DNA of 62,099 nucleotides, counting the filler, from Squatina squatina (Eukaryota), in the NCBI GenBank assembly GCA_031763465.1. It is 4 parts of 4 records of this genome, joined end to end, with 100 filler letters (N's around TTAATTAATTAA, not from the genome) between each part and the next. Parts side by side here need not be neighbours in the genome. Positions count along the whole stretch, not along the records: positions 1 to 16,394 come from JARFOE010000120.1; positions 16,495 to 30,252 come from JARFOE010000080.1; 2 more parts are not named here. One strand, written 5' to 3'. Position 1 is the stretch's first letter. Each line of letters opens with the position of its first letter. Of the stretch, positions 13,542-25,035 are shown one piece after another. The translations under genes and the position numbers were made by a program. The notes under the pieces were generated by a model. That model was given only the letters and a program-made list of their open reading frames with translations. It made no database searches and was not told the DNA's origin.

Positions 13542-15670
13542 AACAGAAGCTTTTGAAATCCTGCAGTACTTATATCATTTAAACTAGTCCAAAAAAAGCA
13601 CCATACTGTACATTAAAAAGCCCCAATTTTGTGTTTAATTGACAAATACTAAACTGCACTTTTTGTCATGTACAAGACGACTTTAGAGTTGGTGCAATTG
13701 GAAACCCTGTGATTGTTGCATTCTGCTATTATGAGCATTGTCCTTTTAAATGGAGTGTATGTGTGGGTATTTTATATTCAAAAAGGGGAGAAAAGTAAAA
13801 AATCATCATTCCCAGTGTGATACCAGGGCGGAAAGGTACAATGACTGGCACAGCATAAAGGCTCAATGAAGTCAAATTATTTATTTGCTGTAATATTATA
13901 ATCCCATTGATAAGCAACACAATGCTATAGAAAATGGCACCCAGGGACTGGTGCTGAAAGTGCTTACAGTTCACCTGGACAGTGGAATTAGGCTGGATAG
14001 CTCTTTTTTGGCTGACAGAGACACGATGGACTGAATGGCCTCCCTGTAAATTTCTATGAGTTCAGTCAGCTGTCCTGTTGATGCATGTTAAAAAAGAAAA
14101 TATTTTCATTTGCTATAAATGTGTCTGTATTAGAATTCAACTTTACACACTCGTACAATTAAGACATGACCATCTTGCAAGATATAAATGCAAATATCAA
14201 TATTTAGAATTGTTAAAAAAAAATAACGTGGGGGAGATTTCTAACCCGACCTTTGCTCTGTTTGCACCATTTTACTGCTCACCTTTTCGCTCAACATGCA
14301 GAACCTCATTATCCCACCTAAAAATCACTACGCCTCCTGATTAAATGACTCATTCTCCAGTCCTTCCCTGATTGATTACCCACACTTTCTTAATCCAAGA
14401 ATTAAACACTCAGAAACCTTAATTAGGATAAAGTCTTGAGTGATAAATTTAAGTTTACATGAAGTTGCTCAATACACGGGTTAAATTACAGGATAAAACA
14501 GTACCTATTTATGGCTTTCATTTAAATTACTGCATTAGTTTTATTAAGCATTTTGAGAACTTTGCATTTAGTCCAAATTGGGTTGACTTATTTTTTAAAT
14601 CACCCACAACAACTTTGCTCATTCACTTTAGCAGTAAAGGCACTCTGTCATAGCTGAATTAATCTTGAAAGATAATATTGATTCAGACAGTGCTGGTTCC
14701 ACGGTCTCTCAGCAGTGCANNNNNNNNNNNNNNNNNNNNNNNNNNNNNNNNNNNNNNNNNNNNNNNNNNNNNNNNNNNNNNNNNNNNNNNNNNNNNNNNN
14801 NNNNNNNNNNNNNNNNNNNACGGTCTCTCAGCAGTGCAGTCCATCCTCGATCAATATGTGACTGAAAGGAGGTATATTTCACAGGTACAGTCCTCCATTC
14901 CTTGCCACCATCTGTCACACACCTTTCAATAACCTAATAGACCTAATGTGTGAAAATTGATTTGGTGGGTGAATGTGAACTTCCAATGATTTACACCCTA
15001 TTTTGTATTGATAAGATTCAATTGATTTCAACAAGTAATAAAATATTTAGGTAAATCTCACTGGTGCTTTTAAAACACTGTCAGCATAAGCTGAGCACAT
15101 CGGAAATTGAAGTGATTAAAAAAGAAGCTTTTTGAAGCAGAGATGAATGCACGGTAAAATGGCAGCATGCAAAGATGCTAGATTTGCACAATTTTAATTG
15201 TCCGCTTTTCAAAGCCCTGCATCACTTTTGATGTTTTTCATCTTATTCTGAAATAAGCTACAAGCTGTACTCGTCATCAAAGTGCATGATCTGGAGCTCC
15301 AGGTTTAAACTTGATTTCTATGATCAAGATCATTTTTTTTTAAAGTTGAATATTGTGTTAATAGTGATCTCGGTCGTAACTTGAAATGCATTCTTAATAA
15401 AAGAGGGAGTGTCTTGATGTTCATGAACAAAGCATCTTTTGAACATGTGACAACCTTGTTAAAAAATGAAATCCTTCAAAAGTTGTTACTTTTATCAGTA
15501 CTGGCGTTTTTTTGCTTAATGAAANNNNNNNNNNNNNNNNNNNNNNNNNNNNNNNNNNNNNNNNNNNNNNNNNNNNNNNNNNNNNNNNNNNNNNNNNNNN
15601 NNNNNNNNNNNNNNNNNNNNNNNNATTATTTTGATAAGAGATGCTAAAAGTCATTCACAAGGCCTCGTAC

Positions 15671-15964
15671 CTGCTACAGTCACCTCGACTAAATCACTTC
15701 GTTCCTTTAGCTTCTTCCCATTGGCGGTATTGAGTGCGGCGCAGTGATAAATCCCACTGTCCTTGGCTTTACTGCTTTCCATGGAATAATTCATCCCTTC
15801 TTGTATTTTCCTGACCGTTCGGATGTCTGTCGGTTTGTGTTTGTACCAGTAGTATTCTACAGGGAGGGATCCGTGAGCAGACTGGCATCTCAGATGAAAA
15901 GGGTCTCCCACCAGTACCACAAGCTGTGCAGGCACTTTAATCACCACCGGCTTGGAAACTGGAA
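15671..15964 (-). CDS. Single exon encoding an Ig C2-set domain of an IgSF surface protein (VSIG4/CRIg-, FCRL- or PECAM-like)
   Basis: 294-nt stop-free exon, phase 1 at both ends, with pyrimidine tract ...ctcctgctctgtttcccaag| and donor G|gtacga. Translation xPVSKPVVIKVPAQLVVLVGDPFHLRCQSAHGSLPVEYYWYKHKPTDIRTVRKIQEGMNYSMESSKAKDSGIYHCAALNTANGKKLKERSDLVEVTVA has the B-strand Cys, C-strand Trp and the DSGxYxC motif. A second in-frame AG acceptor lies 6 nt further in. Confidence 0.88.
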
Positions 15965-16394
15965 CTTGGGAAACAGAGCAGGAGATTACCAGGTGAAAGG
16001 GGTGTGTAGTAACATGTCACTATGTTGCGATGTTTTATTTTTCTTTTGCATTTTCAAAACAGTGGCAAAGATACAGTCTTTTCACAGGTTCTGTGTGGTG
16101 TCACATCAGATTAGCAAAAGAACCATATGTACTTTTGTAATAATGAGTTTTAGTGACAGATTGGTTTGAGAAGGAAGAAAAATTGCAGCTTTAACTAAAT
16201 ATTGAGCAATGTTGTGCAGAGCAGGCTGAGCCACAGCAAGTCTGTTACATTTTTCATTGGAATGGCTCAGGCCAGATACGTCAAATCAGCCGAACTGTTC
16301 TCTGACTGGCAGCTGTGGATTGAATAAACTCCAAGTAAAGCCCACTTAGTACTTAGCTCATTGATTGCAACTGATCTAATTAGACTGAAGCTTT

Positions 16395-16494
16395 NNNNNN
16401 NNNNNNNNNNNNNNNNNNNNNNNNNNNNNNNNNNNNNNTTAATTAATTAANNNNNNNNNNNNNNNNNNNNNNNNNNNNNNNNNNNNNNNNNNNN
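16395..16494. other. Artificial scaffold spacer (44N + TTAATTAATTAA + 44N)
   Basis: Palindromic 12-mer with stops in all six frames at 16439-16450, centred in exactly 100 positions. The identical construct recurs twice more. Confidence 0.97.
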
Positions 16495-16604
16495 ACGCCC
16501 CGAATGCTGCGGCAGGTTTCGGCACAGCCTAATTGGGGCCCCAAAATCTCTTTTGCAGTACTCTCGGACTCAATGCAGTCTTGTCTCATCACAAGCTACT
16601 GGCA

Positions 16605-17313
16605 ATGGGAAGCCCTAGAGTCTTTTTCAACATTGCATTTAACTCCCAACCCATGTGTTGGATCAATTTTGAACTAAGAAAAGATGAGGCTCCAAAGACT
16701 GCAGATAACTTCCATGTACTGTCCACCAAGGAAACAGGTGAAGGCTATGAAGGATTGATTATCCACCGAATAATTCCTGGCTTTATGTGCTAGTGTGGAG
16801 ACTTCACAAGTGTCAATGGCACTGGTGGCACATATTGCTATGGTAACATTGAGAATAAGAAATTCACACTTATGACACCCAGCTTTCAGATGAGACATTA
16901 AACCGAGGCCCCATCTAGCCACTCAGCTGGACTGCATGGCACTATTTCGAAGAAGAACAGGGAAGTCACCCTTAGTGTCCTGTCCAGTATTTCTCCCTCA
17001 ACCGACATNNNNNNNNNNTAAAAAACAGATTATCTGGTCATTGCTGTTTGTGGGACCTTGCTGTGCACAAATTAGCTGGCACATTCTACGTTACAACAAT
17101 GACTGTGCTTCAAAAGAACTTCATTGGCTGCAAAGCACTTTGGGATGTCTTGAGGTTGTGAAAGTGTTACATCAATGCAAGTCTTTCTTTCTTCTCACAC
17201 TGGAGAAGGTTGGATGGGAAAAAGTTTGTGTTTGGACGTTTTGTAGAAGGCATGAATGTAGTGAAAGAAATAAGAAAAGATAAATTTCAGGTCGCAGCTG
17301 ATGTACGGGATTA
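16605..17313 (+). pseudogene. PPIA: Processed pseudogene of cyclophilin A (peptidyl-prolyl isomerase A), interrupted by a SINE
   Basis: Intronless MGSPRVFFNIAFNSQPMCWINFELRKDEAPKTADNFHVLSTKETGEGYEGLIIHRIIPGFMC*CGDFTSVNGTGG aligns by eye to PPIA (MVNPTVFFDI...PKTAENFRALSTGEKGFGY...FHRIIPGFMCQGGDFT). In-frame TAG at 16791-16793 replaces Gln. Similarity resumes after the SINE at about 17207 as LDGKKFVFGRFVEGMNVVKEI (PPIA [21 protein letters not shown]). Confidence 0.92.
16884..17194 (+). mobile_element. Deu-domain SINE (SacSINE1/AmnSINE1/SINE3 superfamily), 5'-truncated
   Basis: TTTCAGATGAGACATTAAACCGAGGCCCC...CATGGCACTATTTCGAAGAAGA...CAGATTATCTGGTCATTGCTGTTTGTGGGA...TTCATTGGCTGCAAAGCACTTTGGGATGT...AATGCAAGTCTTTCTTT matches the Deu core and tail as I recall them. 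An inverted copy is at 49135-49525. Confidence 0.8.
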
Positions 17314-18089
17314 GTGCTGCTCAGTTCTCACTTGCTGGCTCACTCTGTGGGAGAGAACTCCCAAAGTTTTGTCCATAGAATGAAAACTGCAATAATGTGT
17401 GTAAACGTAAAGGAATAAATTCACTGTTTATAGCTGAAGAGCACACTGACAGCTATTTCTAGGTTTGTGTGAACGGTATAATTCCAAATTGCTAACAAGT
17501 GCTAAAGTTGAAAGGCAAGGTTCACAATTCAGCTTGCATGCCTAATTAAAAATACTGCTTGCATCTCTCCATCTGCTCTTTTATTACCTCCCACTTTGGA
17601 AACGTCCATTCTTTGAACCTTGCTGTTCTGCATAAGTATTGCTATTCTGTGTCTCCAAGGCAACAAGTAACTTCCCTAGACCGATCACCTTCCCTGTGCC
17701 CCAAATGATGCCACCTTCCCCAGGCAACAGCCCTTATTAATTAAGCAATCTGTTCATTGTTTGAAAAAAAAACCCCACCGTATAAAAGCTTCAGCTTCCT
17801 TAGAAACCTGCTTCAATACGAATGTCTTATTAGTACACATCATGAATGCTGTCAATTATTGTGGCATCTGAGAGAGCATTTGTATATCCATTGCGAATGA
17901 AGGAAGCACAATAATAAAGGATTCCTTATGGAGAATAAATGTGCTGGTGTAAAGCGGGGCACAGTAATTGGATTTATTGATGCAACGTGCTGTGTACTGT
18001 GGAATGTGCTGTTTGAAAATATATGCACTAGTACATTTTCAATGGATGCGTTCGTTAAATAATGGACAGAGGAATTTCATTCAGACGTA

Positions 18090-18472
18090 TTGAAACATGC
18101 ATTCGCATTGCACGGCACAAGGTCAACACCATTTGCAAGTTAATTTACATATTCTCAAGACCAAATCCTGCAGTAAATCCCAAAGGAGGTTGGTCAGACA
18201 TGATTTTTCTCCACTTAATCCATGTTTATTGCTGTTTTTTAAGCTTTTATTGTACTGGAAATACCCAAATGTACTCCTGATAATCAATCTCATTATTTTA
18301 CAAGGAATTGAATTAAGACTAATGGGTCTACAGTTGTCTGTGTCTACAGTGTCACTCTTTTTGCATATGGGCATTGTGTTAGCCTGTTTCCAATCTACCA
18401 GTACCTTTCCTGTATTCAGTGACTCCCTGATAATGATTGACACAGCATCACAAAGCTCATCCCTAATCTCTA
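18090..18472 (-). mobile_element. CR1 LINE ORF2 reverse transcriptase fragment (degenerate)
   Basis: EIRDELCDAVSIIIRESLNTGKVLVDWKQANTMPICKK...NCRPISLNSIPCKIM...KHGLSGEKSCLTNLL matches the CR1 RT N-terminal motifs (DWKxANVTPIFKK, NYRPISLTS, QHGF..GRSCLTNLL). Confidence 0.88.
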
Positions 18473-18546
18473 ATACAAAAGCAAAATACTGTGGATGCCA
18501 GAATCTGAAATAACAGGAAATGCTGGAAACACTCAGCAGTTCAGTC
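18473..18546 (-). mobile_element. Short repeat terminus, probably the 3' end of a Penelope-like element
   Basis: ATACAAAAGCAAAATACTGTGGATGCCAGAATCTG...AATGCTGGAAACACTCAGCAG is the reverse complement of the repeat end at 59058-59132. Family assignment is from memory. Confidence 0.55.
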
Positions 18547-18689
18547 AAAGCCCATGGAGAAACATGTTACCATTTTAGTTGTAACCTTTGCAGCTTTCTC
18601 TCCACTCCAGATATGCTGACATACCCACCTTACATCACCAACATCCCATGGCATACAGAAAGTGGGAGCTATTGTTAAGGTTTGAAATG

Positions 18690-19170
18690 TCGGAAGGTAG
18701 GATTGAGGTAGAAGATCAGCCGTGATCTTATTGAATGGCGGAACAGGTTCGAAGGGCCGATTGGCAAACTCTTGCTCCTATATCTTAAGATCTTCGGAAA
18801 TTANNNNNNNNNNNNNNNNNNNNNNNNNNNNNNNNNNNNNNNNNNNNNNNNNNNNNNNNNNNNNNNNNNNNNNNNNNNNNNNNNNNNNNNNNNNNNNNNN
18901 NNNCTTCTGCACCCTCTTCAAGACCTTGACTCATTATCTAAAGTGTGGGGGGCTTTAGGAACCATGGATGAAGACCTTCAGTTATATGGAGAGACTAGAG
19001 AAACTGGGACATTTCTCGTTAAAGCAGAGATGGTTAAGGGGCGATTCAATCGAAGCATTCAAAATCATGAAGCTGTTTTGATAGAGTAACTAAGGAGAAA
19101 TGGTTTCCACTGGCAGGAAGGTTGGTAACCAGGGGACACAGATTTAAGATAATTGTAAAAAAACCACGAG
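18690..19170 (+). mobile_element. Two CR1 LINE 3' fragments separated by a gap
   Basis: GAAGATCAGCCGTGATCTTATTGAATGGCGGAACAGGTTCGAAGGGCCG (3' end) and TTCAGTTATATGGAGAGACTAGAGAAACTGGG...ACCAGGGGACACAGATTTAAG (ORF2 C-terminus, YxERLxKLG...TRGH motifs). Confidence 0.75.
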
Positions 19171-20327
19171 GGCGGGACTTCTGCACCTGGAGCAAAGTTT
19201 CGCACCTCCTGGATGTCACTGCCCCCAAATGAGCCGATGTGGGGTTTCTCAGCCTAAAATTTTAATAAATGTACTGTGATAAGTGGAAATTATGTTTAAT
19301 AACTACTAAGCATTTGGCTTCATCACCTCTCTGTATTGGAATGCTGCCAAGGCAAACACATGTGGTGGAATTATTGTGCATAATTCTGTTAAATGGAAAC
19401 ACAATCAGCTAAAAGGTAGTGATTTCTGGAAAATAAAAGGTGTTAACAAACCTCACAGCACCATTTCAAGGATGGATGTATGTTCAGCCTTTTTCTGGGT
19501 AATAGCTGTACTAAATGAATTGCTCTCAGCAACACAGATTCTTTTCCCGACAAGAGTCAAAGCAAAACATTTTAAATTGTTTTTGCATTTAGAAATCAAA
19601 ACAGAAAATTGCTGATTCACCAGATTATGCAAAGGGACGACCAAGCTGCGATAACATGTCTTTCGACCCTTTGTTTATGGCAAATTGCAAACCATAATAG
19701 CATCAGTTTGACATTTAAAGGCTGCTGTTCCTAACGGTGTACTGATTGGGGTTATTTTGGCCCAAGGGTGAAAACAGCCGCTAAATGGTGCAGTGCTAAT
19801 AAGACACACCTGTNNNNNNNNNNNNNNNNNNNNNNNNNNNNNNNNNNNNNNNNNNNNNNNNNNNNNNNNNNNNNNNNNNNNNNNNNNNNNNNNNNNNNNN
19901 NNNNNNNNNNNNNACTGTGTGTGATACATTTAAATACCAATTGAGGGAATTAACAGCTCAACAGCTCTAACACATGGATTCAGTGTTATAACACCATGAA
20001 GCAGTTACTTCATGCAGAGAGCAATTTGGCAATGTAAGATAAAGCCAGGAAGAATCAATGCTGTACAGCACTCACAAAATTTCTCGCTGGTAATACAAAC
20101 ATAGTGCATACTTTGAAAGTAACCTAAAAGTAAATTTGAAGCTACTACTTTGTAAGTCACATTACATAAAAGAAATGCACATAATATATGTTGTAAAGAA
20201 CTCAGTATTATCATATAAAACACAGCTATTTTGATACTGTATGAGCACTGTGATTTGATGCTAACCTACTCTGGAGCAGATAGGGATGTGAAGCGAATAC
20301 AAACTGTGGTATGGAGAGTACCTGAAG

Positions 20328-20469
20328 AGAAAAAAAAAATGCAGGACTACAGGGAAAGGGCGTGGGAATGGAACTAGCTGAAGTGCTCTTGCAGAGAACC
20401 GGCACAGGCTCGACGGGCCGAATCGCCTCCTTCTATAACCATTCTATGGTTCTATATGATTCTATGACT
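20328..20469 (+). mobile_element. CR1 LINE 3' terminus
   Basis: GCAGGACTACAGGGAAAGGGCG...GCACAGGCTCGACGGGCCGAATCGCCTCCTTCT...TTCTATGGTTCTATATGATTCTATGA tail. Confidence 0.8.
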
Positions 20470-22919
20470 NNNNNNNNNNNNNNNNNNNNNNNNNNNNNNN
20501 NNNNNNNNNNNNNNNNNNNNNNNNNNNNNNNNNNNNNNNNNNNNNNNNNNNNNNNNNNNNNNNNNNNNNATGTGCTGCCAATTGAGTCACAGCTGACACA
20601 GCAAGATGGAGATGGCCACAATGAGAATAGGGCGGTAAGTTCTTCCATCCCAGTTTCAGGGCATTACCACCCATAACCCCCTTGTTGGGAGACCTCAAAA
20701 TTCAACCTTATGTATTTGCTGGAAAATGGATCAAAAATAACTTTCTACAAATTCAATGGACCATTTTAGCATAAAACTGTTTTCTCATTTACAGCATTTA
20801 TATCAGCACTCAGGCTGAACATTAGCAGGACTGCGCTATTGATGTGAGCTTTCCAATAATGCGGTTGGAGGATGCTTGTTAGTTTCCAAGGGTTTGTTGA
20901 TTGTGTTGTACATCCATTTAGCTAACATTGCATCTTTCTATTTCACCGATTCTCAGCCACAGAACAATAAGAGTGCATTGAATTTCAACACAACTAACTC
21001 AATTATTGCCAAAGTGCATTCTGAAATGTTACAGGTTATGTGTTTTTTATACACATCTCTGTTTATAAAATCCTGTTATAGTGCAAAGGCAAACTTCTTG
21101 CAGCTCCTTTGTTGTAGAATGACACTTAATAAAGTATGAAGTTTTATAGCAGAAGATGAGATCAGCATCTACTTTCTCCTATAGGATTGCAAATGACCTT
21201 ATGGGCCAAGGAGGTGTGATGATGATAATGGGCCAGATGGAATACAATAACCTCCATACTCCATTGACTAGGTGAAAATAAATTCCCATTATGGCTTCTG
21301 CGTACACGTATATGTCTGAGAATATTCAGCAAAGCGAGGCCTATAATATTAAGGATTGATTTTGTGTAGCTGGAATGATTTATTGGAGGCCAAGAGGCAA
21401 GTGATGTGTATTTTTCAAAGACCAGATGGAGCATTTTATNNNNNNNNNNNNNNNNNNNNNNNNNNNNNNNNNNNNNNNNNNNNNNNNNNNNNNNNNNNNN
21501 NNNNNNNNNNNNNNNNNNNNNNNNNNNNNNNNNNNNNNNNNNNNNNNNNNNNNNNNNNNNNNNNNNNNNNNNNNNNNNNNNNNNNNNNNNNNNNNNNNNN
21601 NNNNNNNNNNNAAGACATAAAAATCCTTGTTGTTATACATTTATGAGCTACACAGGCTTTCCCCTAGCATGTATCCACCCGTGATTTGCGAGGTGTAGCA
21701 TGCACTGTGCTGGTATGAACTATGCTCTGCAATTTTCTTTTAACAATGCCTAGTGAGTATTTGAAGATAATATTTCAGTGCATGACAGTAAACCTTAAAT
21801 GGCTTCAATGCTTCCCCTCAGAAAATCGGATTCAGCTGGGCCCAGGCCTGTCTGACACCAGCCCTCAGAGCTTTGATAGCTGAGCCGCTGCAGTGCTGCT
21901 TTTCATGGAGAAAGAGGCTGTAGTTTGACAGTGGTGCAGATTCATGTAGCTCCCATGAGTGTGCCTGTCATACTTTTCATCATACAAGAGGGATGTATGA
22001 TATCACATCAAAGGTCTGATATAGAACCCACTGGCAATATTGCTAAATGGAGAATGGTTCTAATTCTAATGAAACACTGAAACTAATCTAAATAGTTTTT
22101 TGTGAGAACAATTACATCTACTTTTCTTCATGGATTTATGCTTAAATTGTTCCCTTTTTTCAAGAGTATTTGTGTGCAAAGCAGATGACATCTCAAGCAA
22201 ATTAACAAAATGCTTTGCTCTGTCAAAATCCTCTAAGTATTATTCACCAAACAAGAATTAATGGACAGTAAGGATGGGATTTTTTTTTTAATGAATGTTA
22301 ATTATTCTGAAGGCTGTTTTATGTTATGAGACAGTTTCGCAAATGTTCCTAATAGGAAATGGATCAGGCTATTCTATTACTTGACGTGTTGTCACCAATT
22401 TCAAAATAATGAGGTATAAGATAGTGCGAGCAATCTGATACAGCTGCTCATTCTGAAAATATAACTCAGCATATTTCCAGACAGCTCAGTCAGTTTACCT
22501 TGCTGTCTAAATATGTGTTCATACTGTTGGGACAATTGTAAGCTATTATGAAGAGAAAATACTCAAATAATTGATTTAATAACAAACAAGCACTATTTCT
22601 TGGTAAGATCAAAAGGAAATATTCGGAATGCTGGACATTTGAAGTAAAAGCAAAAGTCCACAGCAATTTGAGGAGCATTTAAAAGGGAAAGGTTGATTGA
22701 CAGTTTTGGTGGCATCCCTCACCAGATGGCTTTTGAAAGAACTAAGCTGGCAGAACCTATAGAAAACAGTCTGAGGGATCAGGCAAAATTGAGGGGGAAA
22801 TGGGGATAAAAGTAACATTNNNNNNNNNNNNNNNNNNNNNNNNNNNNNNNNNNNNNNNNNNNNNNNNNNNNNNNNNNNNNNNNNNNNNNNNNNNNNNNNN
22901 NNNNNNNNNNNNNNNNNNN

Positions 22920-23690
22920 CATGGTGACTTGCACTTCAGAAGTGAGCAAGGGCGGATGGTGGAGTCAAGGATAGCACTGGAGAGTCCACGTTGGAGGGTG
23001 CAGGATGCTCCAAGTTCTACTCAGCTGGACACAGGTGCTGTATCTCTGGGGTCATTGATGAACAGGATACTTCTGGAGCAGCAGCAGAGAATGTACGGTG
23101 TACTGGCAGGTGTTCCAGCCACACAGCTCATGCTTGCAGAGAGACTGGAGGAGTCCAGCTCGAGCATGAGAGGCATGATGTCGTAGGCTTCTGTGACAAT
23201 ATCTTGATCCATGGAAAGAGTGGCCAACTACATGAAACATCAAATACAGAAATCACACGAGTGCACACAGGCCTTCACCAATGACATGCACACTATGAGT
23301 TCCACCTTAAACAGGATGAATGATACCCAAGCCATGGCTGTTCAGCACCCCACTGATCTGCAAAGTGCTCTCCAGCTCATTGCTAGCTGGGAATTACGAC
23401 TGGACCATGAGAGGGATGATGGTGAAAGGGGACATGAAAGTGGGGACCTTCCACATATCTCACGTTGACCCTGCCTCAGTCATTACCAAACAAGCTGCCT
23501 TGTGTCCCAATGGCCAAGTCTGCCCCTACGTAGGTGCAGGTGGATCAGTCTTTGGCGGGCCCCTCACAGGCTTCCAAAACCCGGAGGATGTTGGCCAAGA
23601 GCAGCCTGTCTCTATCTCTGCTCAAGCCACAGGGGTTGCAGCACATAGGAGCATTAGGAAAAGTAAGAGTAAAGATTTGTAGTTGCACAG
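22920..23690 (+). mobile_element. PIF/Harbinger transposon relic: C-terminal part of the accessory (Myb/SANT-type) ORF
   Basis: Coding-like, stop-broken frame ...RILLEQQQRMYGVLAGVPATQLMLAERLEESSSSMRGMMS*...SMERVANYMKHQIQ...DMHTMSSTL with helical character. It converges on a HARBI1-like C-terminus about 300 bp away. The Myb domain itself is not visible because of a gap. Confidence 0.55.
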
Positions 23691-23998
23691 GGTAGGCACA
23701 TGGGTGTCTTATACATTGTTAAATTGTGAAATTTTGTTTCCTAATCTGAAGCACATAAATATTATTGTTTTGCACCACTTTCCCGTCTTGCCCATTCTTG
23801 GTTGCTGGCTGGCAAGTGGTCCTTTTAGTTGTTTGATGATGAATGGAAAGACCTGAATTGACGACGACCAACATAGGGATGTGAAAGGGATGCGTAGTTG
23901 TTTGCAGGACTGTTTTGTGTTAGTGACATTGGTGGGGGTGGGGTCAGGGCAGAAAGTGACTTTGGCAAGAGGTTGTGAGATGGGTGCACTGGTGGAAT

Positions 23999-24172
23999 CT
24001 AAGTGAACCTCACAATAATCAGGGCAATGTGTGGTACTGGTGGTACAGTGCACTCATCATCTTCTACCTCCTCCTCGCCTTCCTTCTCATCTTCCTCCTC
24101 CTTGGAATCTTCCAAAGAGGCTCTGTGCTCTTTGCCTTCATCCTCCTGCAGGTCCATACCTCACTGCTGGGC
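23999..24172 (-). mobile_element. HARBI1-like Harbinger transposase C-terminal remnant
   Basis: AQQ*GMDLQEDEGKEHRASLEDSKEEEDEKEGEEEVEDDECTVPPVPHIALIIVRFT* has the acidic tail ending in ALIxxRF-stop that follows the CCxLHN motif in Harbinger transposases. Confidence 0.6.
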
Positions 24173-24739
24173 AGAGGCCCAGGAGCTGAGAGAGAGTCGG
24201 GAGCGACCGGAGCAGCGTCCGCGGGGTAAGTTTAAAAATCGAGCGCGGGGCTTTGTTTTCACAGAGGCCCAGGAGNNNNNNNNNNNNNNNNNNNNNNNNN
24301 NNNNNNNNNNNNNNNNNNNNNNNNNNNNNNNNNNNNNNNNNNNNNNNNNNNNNNNNNNNNNNNNNNNNNNNNNNNTCAGCCCATCAAAGATGTGCCTGCT
24401 CTCACCAAACAATATATCATATACGTAAAATCCCTGCTCCTCACAGCTAGCCATCACGTCCTAATCCTGAGCCTCAACATCAGCAAGTTGCCTGTTCACC
24501 TGAACAATATACTAAGCAGTCCTTATAACAAATATTCCAGGTTTTCTTTATAGCTACCTTTACAAACCTCATTTAGTTCTGCCACTGTGCGCACCCGATA
24601 TGACCATGTAAACTTTCCTGTGCCTTATTGTAACACTTATTCTAGGGTCTGGGGGTCTCAGGTGTAGGTGGTTGCATTATCAACAAGGACAGCAGTCATA
24701 ACTCCATATGGAAAACAATAATTGGCTCAGAATTTGCTG

Positions 24740-25035
24740 GTGGGGAATCCAGAACAAGAAGGCATAATCTTAAAATTAGAGCTAGCCCATTCAGGAGTGA
24801 AATCAGGAAGCATTTTATCGCACAAAGAGTAGTGGAAATATGAAACTTTCTCTCTCAAAAGGTTGCAGATGCTAGGTCAAGTGAAGCTTTCAAGATGGAG
24901 ATCAGTAGATTTTTGTTGTGTAATGAGATGGAATAAAAGCGAGTTAATAGAATTGATGTCCAGATCATCCATGATCTAACTGAATGGCAGAACAAGCTTG
25001 AGGAGCTGAAAGCCAAATCATGTTCCAATGTTTCT
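24740..25035 (+). mobile_element. CR1 LINE 3' fragment
   Basis: GGGGAATCCAGAACAAGAAGGCATAATCTTAAAATTAGAGCTAG...AGAGTAGTGGAAATATGAAACTTTCT...GATCATCCATGATCTAACTGAATGGCAGAACAAGCTTGAGGAGCTGAA. Confidence 0.78.

Noticed and set aside
13729-13974. Hydrophobic stretch SLGAIFYSIVLLINGIIIL as the transmembrane exon of the Ig gene
   Set aside because: The apparent acceptor comes from an adjacent CR1 3' fragment, its phase does not match the phase-1 Ig donor, and there is no basic stop-transfer motif or clear donor.
16439-16450. TTAATTAATTAA as a biological palindrome or homeodomain site (also 30297 and 44164)
   Set aside because: It is always centred between two 44-N runs, so it is an assembly linker.
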